Assembly: GCA_051294375.1 (NCBI GenBank) | Contig: CM119268.1 | Location: 17,486,502-17,550,501, forward strand | Direction of reading: 5' to 3' | DNA: 64,000 bases | Source: Paraspadella gotoi | Lineage: Eukaryota; Animalia; Chaetognatha | Part shown: positions 23,766 through 37,800 of the stretch, piece after piece | How the letters are laid out: each line of letters opens with the position of its first letter | Numbering within the stretch: position 1 is the first letter of the stretch | Notes under the pieces: model-generated | The model's input: only the letters and a program-made list of their open reading frames with translations | Told to the model about the DNA's origin: nothing | Databases searched by the model: none | Made by a program: the position numbers and the translations under genes

Positions 23766-26007
23766 CAATTGAAATTGTCAAATTGCTAAACAATAATCTA
23801 GAAATATATAAATAGCAAGAAAAGGGAGAGGTGAAAAAAGAAGGCGGAGAATACGAAAGAAGAAAAGAGAGGGGGAGGGGGAGTAAGAAATGAGGGGGAA
23901 AACATGAGAGGAAAAAAAAGGTTCGCATGCGGAATAAATGCGCTTGTGGCTGCCAATGACGTCTTTGAGTCGTCGTCGTCGTCGTCGTCGCCGTTATCGC
24001 GTCCCGTTCTCTGGCTCGGTTTCGGCGACGGCAAATCGCCCCAGTTATTGCGGTCGTCGTATCGTCGTTTTCGCCTCGGTCCTCCTTTCGTAGTCCTTGT
24101 CGTTGTTGTCGTCGTCGTCGTCGTCGTAGTTGTCACTGTTTCTATTCATAAATGTTAAATATTTAATAAATGAGAATTGAGTTTTACCAGTACGTTTATT
24201 CAATCTTGTTATCATTATTATTTGAAGTCTGGACAATATATAGTACAATATACATTACATTATACAAAGTACACCTGTATCTTAATTAAACTCCGTCAGC
24301 TCCACAATCTCATCTCTCCCTCGAACGCGGGACCATGATGCCTCTTTCGAGACCAGCTACGAGTCGCCGACACTCTCGTCGTTATGGTCGCCGTCATTGT
24401 TGTTGTTGTAGTTATCGTCGTCGCCTCACATTCCGCGCACTTCCGGTGTTTTTCTTTCGCGGCGCCGTCTTTAGCGTCTCAGCCGTCGTCGTCGTCGTCG
24501 TTGTTACCGATGCGGTTATCGTCGTCGTTTTCGTGTCCCTTTTTAACGTCGGCGTGTCGAATATGATATTGAGAGTTAAAATATGCATATAATGCTAAGT
24601 TTTCACGACGAATACATAAATTAATCAATTATTCGATTCAATATCGTTGATTCGGTATTTATTTCTGGCTAAATCTAATTGTAAAACTTTTGGTATCTGA
24701 TTAAATTTTAAAAAAATTCAGAATATTTGTTTACATTAACGTCTCGTTCGTCGTCATCGTTTTCATCATCGTCGTCGTTGTCGTTCGGTGGGTAAAGAAA
24801 AACCAGAAACATTTTAAGAGTCATAAATCGAGAACCATTTCTAAGCTTCTCTCCTCGCCTCGCCTCCGCAGAATACGGAATTTCGCCGTCTTAAAAAAAA
24901 AAGGGAAGCGGTTTCGGACGTAAAGCAACAAAAACGACATCTGGAGGAGGTTTAACGCAGCTTTTTTTTTTTTTAAGAAAGAAAAAAAATATTGGGGAAA
25001 GGAAAATAAAAGAGGAAAAGAGAAGCGAGTACGAGAGAGGAAAGGAAAAATGTCAAATAAGGATTACTTCAAGAAATAACATATCATGTAAAAAACGAAG
25101 AGCGTCTCAACTTTTTCATTCATGACAACAAAGTTTGGGTGGAATAACCTTCATGTCTCCTATTATCATTTTTCAGTTAAGGTAATAAATATTATGGAAG
25201 AATCTTTTGCCTCTGACAAAAAATGTTTTAAAGATTCTTGTGGATTTCCTTATTTCAAAAGTGGAGGGAAAAAAAACGAATACATTTTTTTTTATCTACA
25301 CTAGACTCTTTACCCTCAAAAACACTCGACCGCAACGCGACAATAAAAATGAAACAAATCTTTTTTTTTTTTCGAATTCAGAAAAGAAAAAATAGAGAAA
25401 AAAAAATCGTCCCGAATCCGTGTCCCCCAACGAAAAAGATATATGGGACCTTTAGTGCCGGAAACAAGGACGGGGAAAAAAGGGGGAGCAGGCTGGGGAC
25501 AGGGGATGAAAGGGGGTGGGGCAGAAATGGATGGGCGTGGCTGGAAGTGAGAATGGGGTGAGGGTTGGGAGGGAGGGAAAGGCCTCGTAGGGAGCATAGC
25601 GATTCTGAAAACAACGAAGAGATGAAAAGGGAAGGGTCTAATTGAAGAGCGAAGGAGGCATGGGAGGGACATGGAGGGACAATACAATTGAACAAAAAAG
25701 TGAATAGAAAGGAAGAGAGGGAAGAGTGAGCGAGGGAAGAGAGAGAGTAAAGTGAGATTGGTGGGGAACTGGAGCAAAGATGGAAAAGAAGAAGAGATAA
25801 GAGAGATTGGGGCGGTGGAGTGGAGCGAGGGAGAGGAGGAGTGAGACGATTCGCGGATGGAGCAAGGCTTCTCGCTCGGCAGAGGGCGCGCAGCTATGGG
25901 CGGCGGTATTGGCGCCATCGTCCCGTCGCGATTGGCGCCAGACGCCAACAAAAGGCGCAATTCGCTACACAAAAAAAGGGGAGTGAGACAGCGAAACGGC
26001 GAAAGAA

Positions 26008-26066
<59 letters not shown>

Positions 26067-26135
26067 GGTTGTCGACCCTTATGCTGTCGCCATGCCTCCG
26101 ACCCTAAGGAGGAGGCGACTTCCGGTCATGAATGT

Positions 26136-26230
<95 letters not shown>

Positions 26231-26505
26231 TTTGTTCAAAATAACGTAACGAGCAACTTTTCACTGAGGGGAACTATTGGGGCAAAAGGCATAAGTATAA
26301 TGGCTAAACCCTTGGAGAATAAATACCAATATGATAGTATAAATATTAATTGATTTCTGCATTTTTGCATTTGGGTATGAAATGTTAAAATTAATATTTC
26401 AAAATGAATTGAGTGAGAAGAGAAAATTTATTGAGCCTAAAAAAGAAAAAGAGAAGTCTCGGATATTTTTTTTCAAATTGGTTTTATCAGATTAATCGAG
26501 ATCGG

Positions 26506-26593
<88 letters not shown>

Positions 26594-26912
26594 ATTTCGA
26601 AATCCATTGTATGCAAATGGTGGTTTTAACGTCGTGAGGCTTCACGCAGAAGCTTCTTCGGCATCGAGTGAAGCCTGAGAGTGAGAGGGATGAGAACTAG
26701 AGGCAAGAATAAGGGTTGGGAGAGAAAGGGGGTGAGTGAAAAAGTGAGGAGGTGAGTATCAAGAAAGGGGGACAGGGGGGGAGAGAAAGAAAATCCTTCA
26801 GGGTGAGGAAAAACGAGAAGCGACGATCCGACGATTTCAGCGTCACCATCTCCTCGCCTCATTTGCATATTTGGGTCGCCAAGATCTTTTTCTCTTTCTC
26901 CAGAGAGTGAAA

Positions 26913-26977
<65 letters not shown>

Positions 26978-27625
26978 AGATTCTATTCTCTATCTCCTCC
27001 CACGATTTGCATGTGAGTCAGAAGAGGATTCGAAGCAGCTTCTTTCTCTTAAAAATCTTCATCTTGAGGATTTTCACAGAGAACGAGTGAGAGACCGAGA
27101 GAAAGAAAGAAAGACAAAAAAATCGTCCCAGGATTTTTAATGGAGGAAAATTTTTTTTTTCGTTTTTTTTTTTTTCATTTAACTTTCTAATCTTTTTTCG
27201 TCTTTCTTTCTTTCTTTCTTCTTTCTTTCTTTCTTTCTTTCTTTCTTTCCTTTTTCTTTCTTTCTTTCTTTCTTTCTTTCTTTTTTCTTTCTTTCTTCTT
27301 TCTTCCATAGTTTTTTTTATATTTTAGCCTTTCCTTTCTTTTCTCCCTTTTTTTCCCTCGTCTTTCCTGAAGTCTTCTTTCGAAAACCTTGGGAATTTGA
27401 GAGGTCCCGCTTCTCAAACTATTTTTTTTTCTCCCCCATATTTTTTTTTGTCTGAGACTTTTTTTTGTCTTTGGGAAATTCCATCGCAAGAGTCGTTCCG
27501 TTGTTCTCGTTGTTGCTGCACTTGCTGCACTTGCTGCACTTGCCCTCGCCTCGACTTGTTCCGGCCTGGTCGTTATCCTCCCTTTAATCTTTCTATAAAT
27601 AAAAGAGGCCTGTGAGAATAAGAAT

Positions 27626-27936
27626 AAAAATTAAATAATTACCTTCTAAATTATTTACTTATCCTATAAACTCATTACATTTTTTCTTTTATTTTTTCAT
27701 TTTATTTTATTTTTCATTTGGCGAGGGTACAATTAACTGGAAAGCAGAATGAAACTTACTCAACCACAGATTAAAGACAATACTAGAAAATCTGTGGTTG
27801 AGTAAGTTTCATTCTGCTTTCCAGTTAATTGTACCCTCGCCAAATGAAAAATAAAATAAAATGAAAAAATAAAAGAAAAAAGTGTAATGGAGTTTATAGG
27901 AAAGTAAATAATTTAGAAAGTAATTATTTAATTTTT
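27626..27936. mobile_element. Fold-back / MITE-like hairpin with about 145-bp arms and an about 18-nt loop
   Basis: ...catttggcgagggtacaattaactggaaagcagaatgaaacttactcaaccacagatt [loop] aatctgtggttgagtaagtttcattctgctttccagttaattgtaccctcgccaaatg... Confidence 0.8.
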
Positions 27937-28075
27937 TTTTAAATACCTAGATGCTTTTGCTTTTGTTCTTTCATGTACTTTAAACAAGAGAGCTTAATCT
28001 ATATTTTCTTTTTATGCTTATGTTTTCAAAATTACCACTAAAATGTTTCTTTGACTCTCTCTCTCTTCTCTCTCT

Positions 28076-28150
<75 letters not shown>

Positions 28151-28446
28151 AACGTAACCTTTTTTTACTATTATTCGGCCACTATCTGTTGTCCAAGTTA
28201 AACTTAATTATTTCGGTTTATCTTTTTCACTCGCAAATGCTCTCAAGACTGACGGGTGCTTAAACTAATAATTTAGCTTTATGACTATTGTTAAGGTAAT
28301 GAATTTAGAGAAAAAGTAAAAATAAAGGTCACACATCCCGCCGAGATAGCCAGGAATTTAGCTCTTTCATCCATTATTGTCCCATTTTAGTTTCTTATCC
28401 CGGAATTTATTTTTAAACTTATTATTTAATCTGTCAACAATTATCT

Positions 28447-28618
28447 ATCCCTAATCTCTTACTCTAACATACTCCTTTACCCTAACCCTACCCCTAATCT
28501 TTTAACCTAACCCCTAATCTTAAAACTATATCCCTTACCCTAATCCCTCTACCAAATCGCTTTAACCAAATCTCCTAACCCTTATCCTTAAACGAATCCC
28601 TAACCCTAACTTTTAACC
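28447..28618. repeat. Degenerate (CCCTAA)n telomere-like tract upstream of the sulfotransferase-like gene (second copy 42367-42535)
   Basis: ccctaaccctacccctaatc...ccctaaccctaac repeated imperfectly over about 170 bp. Confidence 0.65.
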
Positions 28619-28882
28619 GTATCTTTAAGAAGAAATGTGGCGCTCTGGGACAAAAAGGCCAAGAGGGCTTATATTAGAAAGTTAAAATTAACTTTACTAC
28701 AGCCACGACCAATAATTCATTCGCTAATAAACGATAATTCGTCAAGAACGGTTGATTCTCCTGTCCGCGCATCAAACGAACTACTTTCTCCCGTTTCGCT
28801 CCAATTGTTTTTTCCAAGTTTGTTTTTTTTTCTTTTTAACCGGCGAAACTGGAAACGAAAATCCCGGCGATTTTCCGCGAAA

Positions 28883-31493
28883 ATGTCTCCGTCGTGGGAG
28901 GCCGCTGTTCTTTTGTTGGTTCACCTCGCGTTTTACCTTCCGCTTCGTCAATTTCTGCGCTTCGTCCGATTCGTCGCGGACTTCGGGAAAAGTCATCCAA
29001 GGAACAACAACGACGACAACAACAATGCCGACCAAAGCGTCCAAGTTCGTCGCGTGTGTGGTTGCGCACGTTGCGCGCGAAGGCTTTGCACACGATGCAG
29101 TCGAGTTGCTACGTGGGCGGTGGGCGTGCCAACATATTTATGTACGCGATGGAGGACCCGTGCGCTCATTTGCATCTACGTGTCACCGGCTGGATTGGAA
29201 TTTGTGCGGACAAAAAGGGGTCAGTAGTAGTTTTTCCTAATGGATGTATTTATATATATTTATGATTGTGAGTCAGATTTCCAGAACATTATTTAATATA
29301 TTTTATTTTACATTCAGTTTTATAAAATGAATAAAAGTATCAACCAAACCAAACTAACTCTCGGGTCGCCGAAATTTCTAGAGCTAAAATTCCTAAGATA
29401 ATCTCATCACTTTATTTTCGCCGGTTCAGCCAATTACTTTTGCTCGAACCATTTTAAAACTGACATCATTTTTGTGACCCACCACTGAGCCATATCGAAT
29501 GTAACTATATTATAAGTTACTACATAACACATTACTCGCACCAACTCCAACTATATAAGATACCGTACATAATCGAGTCAGTATACGATTATTAGTTACA
29601 GAAATCCCAAACAATCATAATACGTCGACTATACGTTATATCAATTATATGACAGTATATTACATGTTTGGAAATTGCCTTTCTTTACTTATATTACGTA
29701 AATTTTTATGTATGCCGTTTTATTTATGTATGTATGTTATTTAATTATTATATATTATGTATTGTATGTATGTAGTAAGTTAACCCAACATCATCCTTGT
29801 GGGGGCTTGCCTAATGTGTAGCGCTGTCATGGTTATATATGTATTAAGATATTAATCTATATATTCTTATAAATAACCTTACCATATCAACTGATGCCCA
29901 TTTTTCGCCAACCCCCACTCCATCTTCAGACGTCAACGTGTACGCTTCCTCTGTGGCGGGGTTCGCCTTTCTAGGAGTTCCCCAATTCGCTCAGGATTTC
30001 ATCGTCGTCTCCTCGAAGGAATTTGAAAAAATTGTGGAGGAGAAAATGAGAAGGATGAGGGCGGAGGCGAAGCAGGCAGAAGCGAAGGAGTTGGAAGCGG
30101 AGGCGAAAGCGGAGGCATGAGGCGATAGAGGACAAGGAAGACGGCTGTCAGCGTTCGACCTTACCCACGCCCATCGCCGCGAGAAGCGAGCCATAATCGT
30201 GGCATCCACCCGCGATGCGGTGGAATCCTTTCTTTCGCGTCTCTTTGAGGAGTTCCCAGACGCCGTCGTCATCAACGAACCGCAGCCGCTCGCCAACTGG
30301 GCGCTGATTAAGGCGAATGCCGTCGCCGACACTGCCAACGCGGCGTCGGCGGGGAGAATGTTCCCTACTGCGTCACATCCTCTTCGCCGTCTGCCGGCCT
30401 CTCTACGCTGACTCCGGGGATCAACGTCATTGTCGTTAAAATCCCTGCCTTCGTTCCTTGGATGCTTAAGGTGTGCATGTCGTTGCATAGACATTACAAT
30501 ATGATAAATTGTTTAATTTAATTTGAAATTTTACAAATGTCCAGCATATGTCACTAAATACTACTGATAAGCCGATGTACAAACTGTAATCAGCAATTTA
30601 TACAGCTGACAACTGGACGTATGAAACAGAATTATTGGAATTATAAACTGTCGAGACATATGTACATTAACAAATTGAAAAATCATTATAAAATGACCAA
30701 TTAATTCAATAAATAAGCTACGAATCTTACTGACTTTCGAAAAGTTATGGTAGGCTAAGACTTTCGTACAAGAATAAAAAATGCCTGAAATCTTTTAATC
30801 ATATAATCAAAGTATCTGGCTCTTTTATCTATGAATTTGTAAAAAGTTTCGATATATTGTGTCATTTCTATAAAAAGGCGAATTCTACCACCACCACCAC
30901 ACCATAACCACAACTCCATCTTTCGTCCACAGGACCTCATCGACGTCGCCCCTTTAATGCCATTCGACGTTCGCTTCATCTTCATGCACCGGCGACCCTT
31001 GCCGGCGCTGAGGTCCTGGCTAAAGACTCGTCACCGGTTTCGCCGCCGACGCGGAGGGCTTGCTCGGCGGCTGCCGGTGCTGCGTCGGCGATGGCCCGAT
31101 TTTCATGGTCGGCGCTAACGGAGCCACGTGGCCGAATGTATTCCTCGAGGCTTTGAAGAAGTTCGTGGGAAATGGAGGAAGAAGAGAAAGGGAGGAAGAG
31201 GAAAAAGGGAGGGAGGAAGAGGAAACAGGTGAGGGAGGAAGAGGAAAGAGAGGGAGGGAGGAAGAGAAAAAGGGATGGAGATAGAGAAAAAAGAAATTGA
31301 ATTAGAGAAAGAGGAAGGAGAAGAGGGAAGGGAGGGAGATGAGAGGAGTGAGGAACTTGAGGGCGAAGCTCAGAAAAAGGAGAAAAATATTGAGACCGAA
31401 CGAGAGAATAAGAAGGAAAGTAAAGAGATAAACTCCAATCGAGACGAGTGGACCAGTCGCTGGAGTTGGATGGAAAATTTGAATTACTCCAAT
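28883..31493 (+). CDS. Sulfotransferase-like gene, copy 1 (frameshifted, cut by the gap at 31494)
   Basis: Same exons as 42798-46066 with many indels, fewer AEAK and EEEEKGR repeat units and different intron-1 content. Confidence 0.6.
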
Positions 31494-31801
31494 NNNNNNN
31501 NNNNNNNNNNNNNNNNNNATAAAGTTAAAAATTTCGCAATAATGTTGTTATAACATCTAACTCGTTTCAATGTTTAAAATTAAAATTAAATGTTGCTCGT
31601 TAATATGTTTGTCAATCAAATTATTAACTTATCACTTCCCTATATCTCGCCTCAATGACACCTCTGATACTTCGTGTTGCAAAAAGTGCACTGCTCTCCC
31701 TCTCGTCGACATTTCTGACGAAGCGCCTCCTCCTTTAGGGTCGGGACTCGACAGCTAAGGGTCGACAAAACCGTCTCTCCTCCTCTCTCTCTCTTCTCTC
31801 T

Positions 31802-31848
<47 letters not shown>

Positions 31849-34800
31849 CGCTTCCCGTTTCGACTGTCTCACTCCCTTTTTTTGTGTAGCGAATTGCGCC
31901 TTTTGTTGGTCTGGCGCCCAATCGCGAGCGGACGATGGCCCATAACCGCCGCCCATAGCTTGCGCGCCCTCTGCCGAAGCGAGAAGCCTTGCTTCCATCC
32001 CGCTCTCTCACCTCCTCTCCCTCGCTCACTCCACCGCCCCAATCTCTTTATCTCTCTCTTCTTTTCCATCTTGCTCCAGTTCCCCCCAATCCTACTTTCT
32101 CTCACTCTTCCCCGCTCAAACTACATCCTCTTCCTTTCTATCTTCTTTTTTTTTCAATAATGTATTTAACTCCATCCTCCCATGCCTACCTTGCCTTCAA
32201 TTAAAGACCTTCCCTTTCATTCTCTTCTTGTTTTGTCGAATCGCTATGCTCTACGGGCCTTTCCCTTCCCCCACCTTCACCCATCTCACTTCAGCCACGC
32301 CTCATCCTATTTTGCCCACCCCTTTCATCCCCGTCCCCAGCCTGCCCCTCTTTTTCCCGCCTGTGTTTCCGCATAAAGGTCCCATATCTTTTTCTGTCTG
32401 GGGGACACGGAACGGACATTCTTTTTTTTCTTTTCTTGTTGAATTCGAAAAAAATTACAAGATTTGTTCATTTTAAATGTGTCGCTTCGTGATGTTTTTG
32501 AGTGGTAAAGTTCAAGTATGACTAGTATATGATATATAAAAATGTATTCGATTTTTTTCCTCCACTTTTGAAATGGAAATCCCAAAATCTTTAAACAATT
32601 TTTTGTCAAGAGGCAAATGATTCTTCATAATATTTATTCCTTAACTGAAAAATGAATAAGTAGGAGCATGGAAGGTTATTCACCCAACTTTGTTGATAAT
32701 GAAAAGAGGGAGACTCTTCCGTTTTTTAATATAATGTATTTCTTTTAATGATATCTTGATTTGACATTTTTCCTTTCCTCTCCGTTACTCGTTCTCTTTT
32801 CCTTTTATTTATCCCCATATAATTTCTTTTTTTTCTTAAAAAAAAAAGATAGTGCGTTAAACCTCCTCCAGAATCTCGTTTTTTGTTGCTTTAACTCCGA
32901 AACCGCTTCCCTTCTTTTTTTAGACCGGGCGACAATCGTGTTCTTTGCGGTAGACGAGCAGAGGGGAAACAGTCTTTCAGCAGGTTATGGTCTCGGGAAT
33001 ATTTATGGACGTACTTACAATGTTGTCTGGGTTTTTTACTTACCCAGCCAACGGATCAGCTGTACGTAGCGATGGTTGGAAACGCTCGGATGGCGGTGCG
33101 AGGAGAAAGCGAGCTTAGTTGATGAAAACAATATGTACACTGGAATATTTTTACTTATAAAATTCATAAGAAACCAAAAGTTTTACAATAGTTTAGCCAG
33201 ATAATTAGACTAGCGGATCAACGTATTGGGAATCGGAGTAATATTATAAAATTAATGTATTCTCTGAAAAACTTTAGCTATTTGGATATTTATCAGCAAA
33301 AAGGGCTCTATAAATCGAACACCGACCTATAAAAGACACGGAAAAAACGAGCGGGACCGGAGATACAACGGGATCAGGAAAGGGAAAGGGGTTACAACGG
33401 ACACGGACGGAGACGCTGTTACGCGTTGAAGATCTCGGCCTGGCGATATAGGAAGAAACACGGGAACGGTTAAGTGATTCGGTGCGGGGAAAGCTATATG
33501 GGTGATTTCGATCTGTTTTATCAGACAAACAACAATTTTGACGCGACCCTGTGACGGGAATGTTTCTGACTCTCGTGGCTGGTTCTGAGAAAGAATAGGC
33601 ATCCATTTTGTGCCGCGTTTCTGGAAGAGGAAGTGATAAGATTTGTGCAGGACTGATGTGGTTAAATTAAATCTGGTGATTACTGTATAATTTGTTTATG
33701 TTTTTTTGTTTACTATTATTTCTATTGTTCCAGTTTACTTACTATTATAATTTTGTTATACAAGATTTGTGGAATTAAACGTACTGGTAAATACTTCATT
33801 TCTTCGATTTTATTAAATATTTAACATTTTATGAATAGAAAATAGGTGACAACTTTACGACCGAGCGACTCCCTGAGCACATATCAACGACAGTGACTAC
33901 GAAAGAGAGGGGAAACTTCTTGGGCTGAACGACATCGCGATCGACACTTTCGGCGAATTTTTGGCTCTCACGGCTTTCGTGCGTACCGACTTGTTATTCT
34001 TCTTAAAAAAGCGTAAGAAAAAAAAAAAAAAAAAAAGGACAAGGAAAACGAAAAATCGAACCAAAAATAACGCGCACAAAAGACGGTAACCCCAACGACG
34101 CTCCAGCAAAGAGACGAATACACAAATGATTAAGATACAACAAGATAACAAAAAAAAAATAAATGGAAACAAGCCACAACAATAAAGTAATAAAGCAATT
34201 GTCAATATCAAAAATAATATCCTGCATTGAAGCGATAAAACGACACTGCGTTTATTTTCCAGTGCCGCGTTTAATGAATTTTCTCACCCCTGTCAAAGAC
34301 TGTCTTACTCGCCCTCACCCTAGACTCTTTTCATCTTTCTATTCTTCCGACCTTTCTTTTTTTACCTCCATCCATTCAAAATAGTGCTTAGTTATAAAAG
34401 AAAATTTCTTTATGCTTAATATTTCGAAGAACATATTGACACGTAAGAAGTGAATTATGAGCAAAATATGGGACGTGAAGTAAGAAGAAATATAAGAATA
34501 TATAGTATATATAAATGTAACATACTATATACTTAATATCTACCTAAATTGAATATTATATCGTTAATTATTTATCTTCATTCAAACATTATTATATCAT
34601 TTCATATTTATTAATCGTCTCTTACACCCTTTTTCTCCCTGCGAATGTCTATTATCCGTCACTCTTGGTAATGTCTATATTATTATCAATGATGGTGATT
34701 CCTTCCTCAGACACAGGATAAGATCCTGCGTACGACATCCCTCTACGGCGCGGAACCTTCTCGGTGAAGATGGCGCGTCTCTTCAGCCTCAAGGCCTCTA

Positions 34801-37800
34801 CATCTCCGGGATCATAACACTAATTTCATAAAGTGCAGTAGATGTATAAAGTAGAGGGGAAGAGGTGAGGATCCAGTGGGTAGGTAGGGAGATAAAAAGG
34901 AGGAGGGAAAGAATAAGTTAGGGAGGTGAAGGGGGTTCGACTGATATGACAATAGCGATACACAAGAAATAACAGTGTGACGGTAGAATCGATTAGAGTC
35001 TTTTTTCATGCACCTTGCCCAGAGTTGATTACCTCAGAGTCCCCTACTCCTCTCCCCTTGTAGTGACTGACGGAAAGAAAAAAAAGTAACCAATTACTCA
35101 ACGATTCCTCGAGACCGAAAAGCGATCGAGTATTAAGATATTTGATGTAGTCCATAAACATACGTTTCTCACGAAGATTATTATTCTTTAACTATTTTTA
35201 GCATTCCCAATAGTTCATGTGGTTAAAGTATGCCGTACTCCAACTCATTTTATAAGTTCTCAAAACTGATCACACTATATGCTACCGACAGGCAGTTCTA
35301 CTTCATTACCAGCTATGGAATCCCCAAAGTCCACCTTCCTTTTTGCTCATTCCTTCTTGTACTTCCTCCCTTATCTATCACTCTACCGGGGTTCTCCCGG
35401 GAATTGACAAAAGATGAAGGAAATGTATTCCGAACTTAAAGATCTGAGCTCTCTTCCACATAGACTTCTGATCAATGACGTGCACGCGGAGGAAAAAAGG
35501 GAATAAGCGAAACAGAGAACCACGCTATTTTTTCCGCGCGTGCTCTCACCCTCTCATTCTTCTCCCCATGCGGTATGCTCTGCTCTCTCCCTCGAGGATA
35601 TCCTTTCTTCTTCACATCCATCGATCTAATAGTTCTCTGCTCCCAATTCCCGGCGTCTTCGGGCCCACCGAAAAGTTCAGAAGTTTATGCGTAGGCAACA
35701 ATAGATATTAGCGAAGGGTCATAATGAGAGGAACGCAAGGCAGTAGTGGGGATGAAGATTGGAAGTAAGAGAAGGAGAGGGAAGTGAATAAAAGAGTGAA
35801 AGGATAAAGAGAAGAGTGGAAGAAGGAAAAAAGTAAGAAAAATAAGGAAGGAAAAAAAGGAAACAGGAAGAAACAAAACAAATGATTGTGAGCGATGAAG
35901 TGAGGAAAGGCCGGAAGGGAGAGGGAGTGAGGTACCTGAGGGAAAAGATGGCAAGGCAGAAAAAGACAGAAAATGAAGTAAGTTGGTTGAAGAACCTCGC
36001 TAATACAACGCAACGAAAATATAATGAAAGATGACGGGAGGAGGGAGAGGACGAGAAAGATGGAGAGAGGTGAGATAACAGACAGCACAGTGGGAGGAGG
36101 TAAATAAGAGGTAGAGAAAAACAGAGAGTGAGGATAATAAATGGAGGGAGGAAGAAAGAGGAAGAAGGAAGAAGGATAAAAATGCCAGCGAAAAGGTATT
36201 AGAGAGAAAAAGCGATAAAAGATTAACGGAATATATGCAAATATATATATATATAATATTATAATATTGAATAATATATATAATACATTTTAGAAATAAC
36301 CAATGAAAAATTTAGGTCAAATTGCCTGAAAATAGCATGAGAAATATATAAATAGGCAAGAAAAGGGAGAGGTGAAAAAAAGAAGGCGGAGAATACGAAA
36401 GAAGAAAGAGAAGAGAGGGGGAGGGGGAGTAAGAAATGAGGGGGAAAACATATGAGAGGAAAAAAAAGGTTCGCATGCGAATAAATGCGCTTGTGGCTGC
36501 CAATGACGTCTTTGAGTCGTCGTCGTCGTTCGTCGTCCGCCGTTATCGCGTCCCGTTCTCTGGCTCGGTTTCGCGACGGCATCGGCAAATCCCCAGTTAT
36601 TGCGGTCGCGTATCGTCGTTTTCTCCTCGGTCCTCCTTTCGTAGTCCTTGTCGTTGTTGTCGTCGTCGTTCGTCGTAGTTGTCACTCTTTCATATTCATT
36701 AATAATGTTAAATATTTAATAAATGAGAATTGAGTTTTACCAGTACAGTTTACAATTTGTTATCATTATTATTTGAAGTCTGGACAATATATAGTACAAT
36801 ATACATTACATTATACAAAGTACAGTATCTTAATTAAACTCCGTCAGCTCCACAATCTCATCTCTCCCTCGAACGCGGGACCATGATGCCTCTTTCGAGA
36901 CGCAGCTACGAGTCGCCGACACTCTCGTCGTTATGGTCGCCGTCATTGTTTTGTTGTAGTTATCGTCGTCGCCTACATTCCGCGCACTTCCGGTGTTTTT
37001 CTTTCGCGCGCGCCGTCTTTAGCGTGCTCAGCCGTCGTCTGTCGTCGTCGTCGTCGTTGTTACCGATGCGGTTATCGTCGTCGTTTTCGTGTCCCTTTTT
37101 AACGTCGGCGTGTCGAATATGATATTGAGAGTTAAAATATGCATATAATGCTAAGTTTTTACGACGAATACATAAATTAATCAATTATTCGATTCAATAT
37201 CGGTTTTCGGTATTTATTTCTGGCTAAATCTAATTGTAAAACTTTTGGTATCTGATTAAATTTTAAAAAAATTCAGAATATTTTTTACAATTAACGTCTC
37301 GTTCGTCTCGTCATTTTTCATCATCGTCGTCGTTGTCGTTCGGTGGGTAAAGAAAAACCAGAAACATTTTAAGAGTCATCAAAGATCGAGAACCATTTCT
37401 AAGCTTCTCTCCTCGCCTCGCCTCCGCAGAATACGGAATTTCGCCGTCTTAAAAAAAAAAGGGAAGCGGTTTCGGAGACGTTAAAGCAACAAAAACGACA
37501 TCTGGAGGAGGTTTAATCGACGAGCTTTTTTTTTTTTAGAAAAGAAAAAAAAATATTGGGGAAAGGAAAATAAAAAGAAGGGAAAAGAAGAAGCGAGTAC
37601 GAGAGAAGGAAAAAGGAAAAGATTAAGAAAAATCATAGTCAAGACTAAGGAGAATTACTTATGAAGAGTAGAAAATAAACATATGATGGGTAAAGAAAAA
37701 ACTGAAAATGCGTCTCATAAGCTTTTTCGAATTACAATGAGCAACAAAGTTTGAGAGAAGGGACATAGTGGAGTGGGTGAGAATAAATAAAAATTAACCC

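Noticed and set aside
27260-27600. Possible minus-strand exon with a (gcaagtgca)3 repeat
   Set aside because: It could be coding, but the frames differ between the two copies and no partner exons or homology were recognisable.
22755-27615. Many ORFs with ERERER, SLSLSL, poly-F/L or poly-K/R content
   Set aside because: They are translations of (GA)n, (TTTC)n and purine-rich low-complexity tracts, with no domain or splice support.
33870-35700. Apparently unique novel sequence with small ORFs
   Set aside because: It lies between two noisy copies at a fold-back turn and is most likely low-quality raw read sequence.
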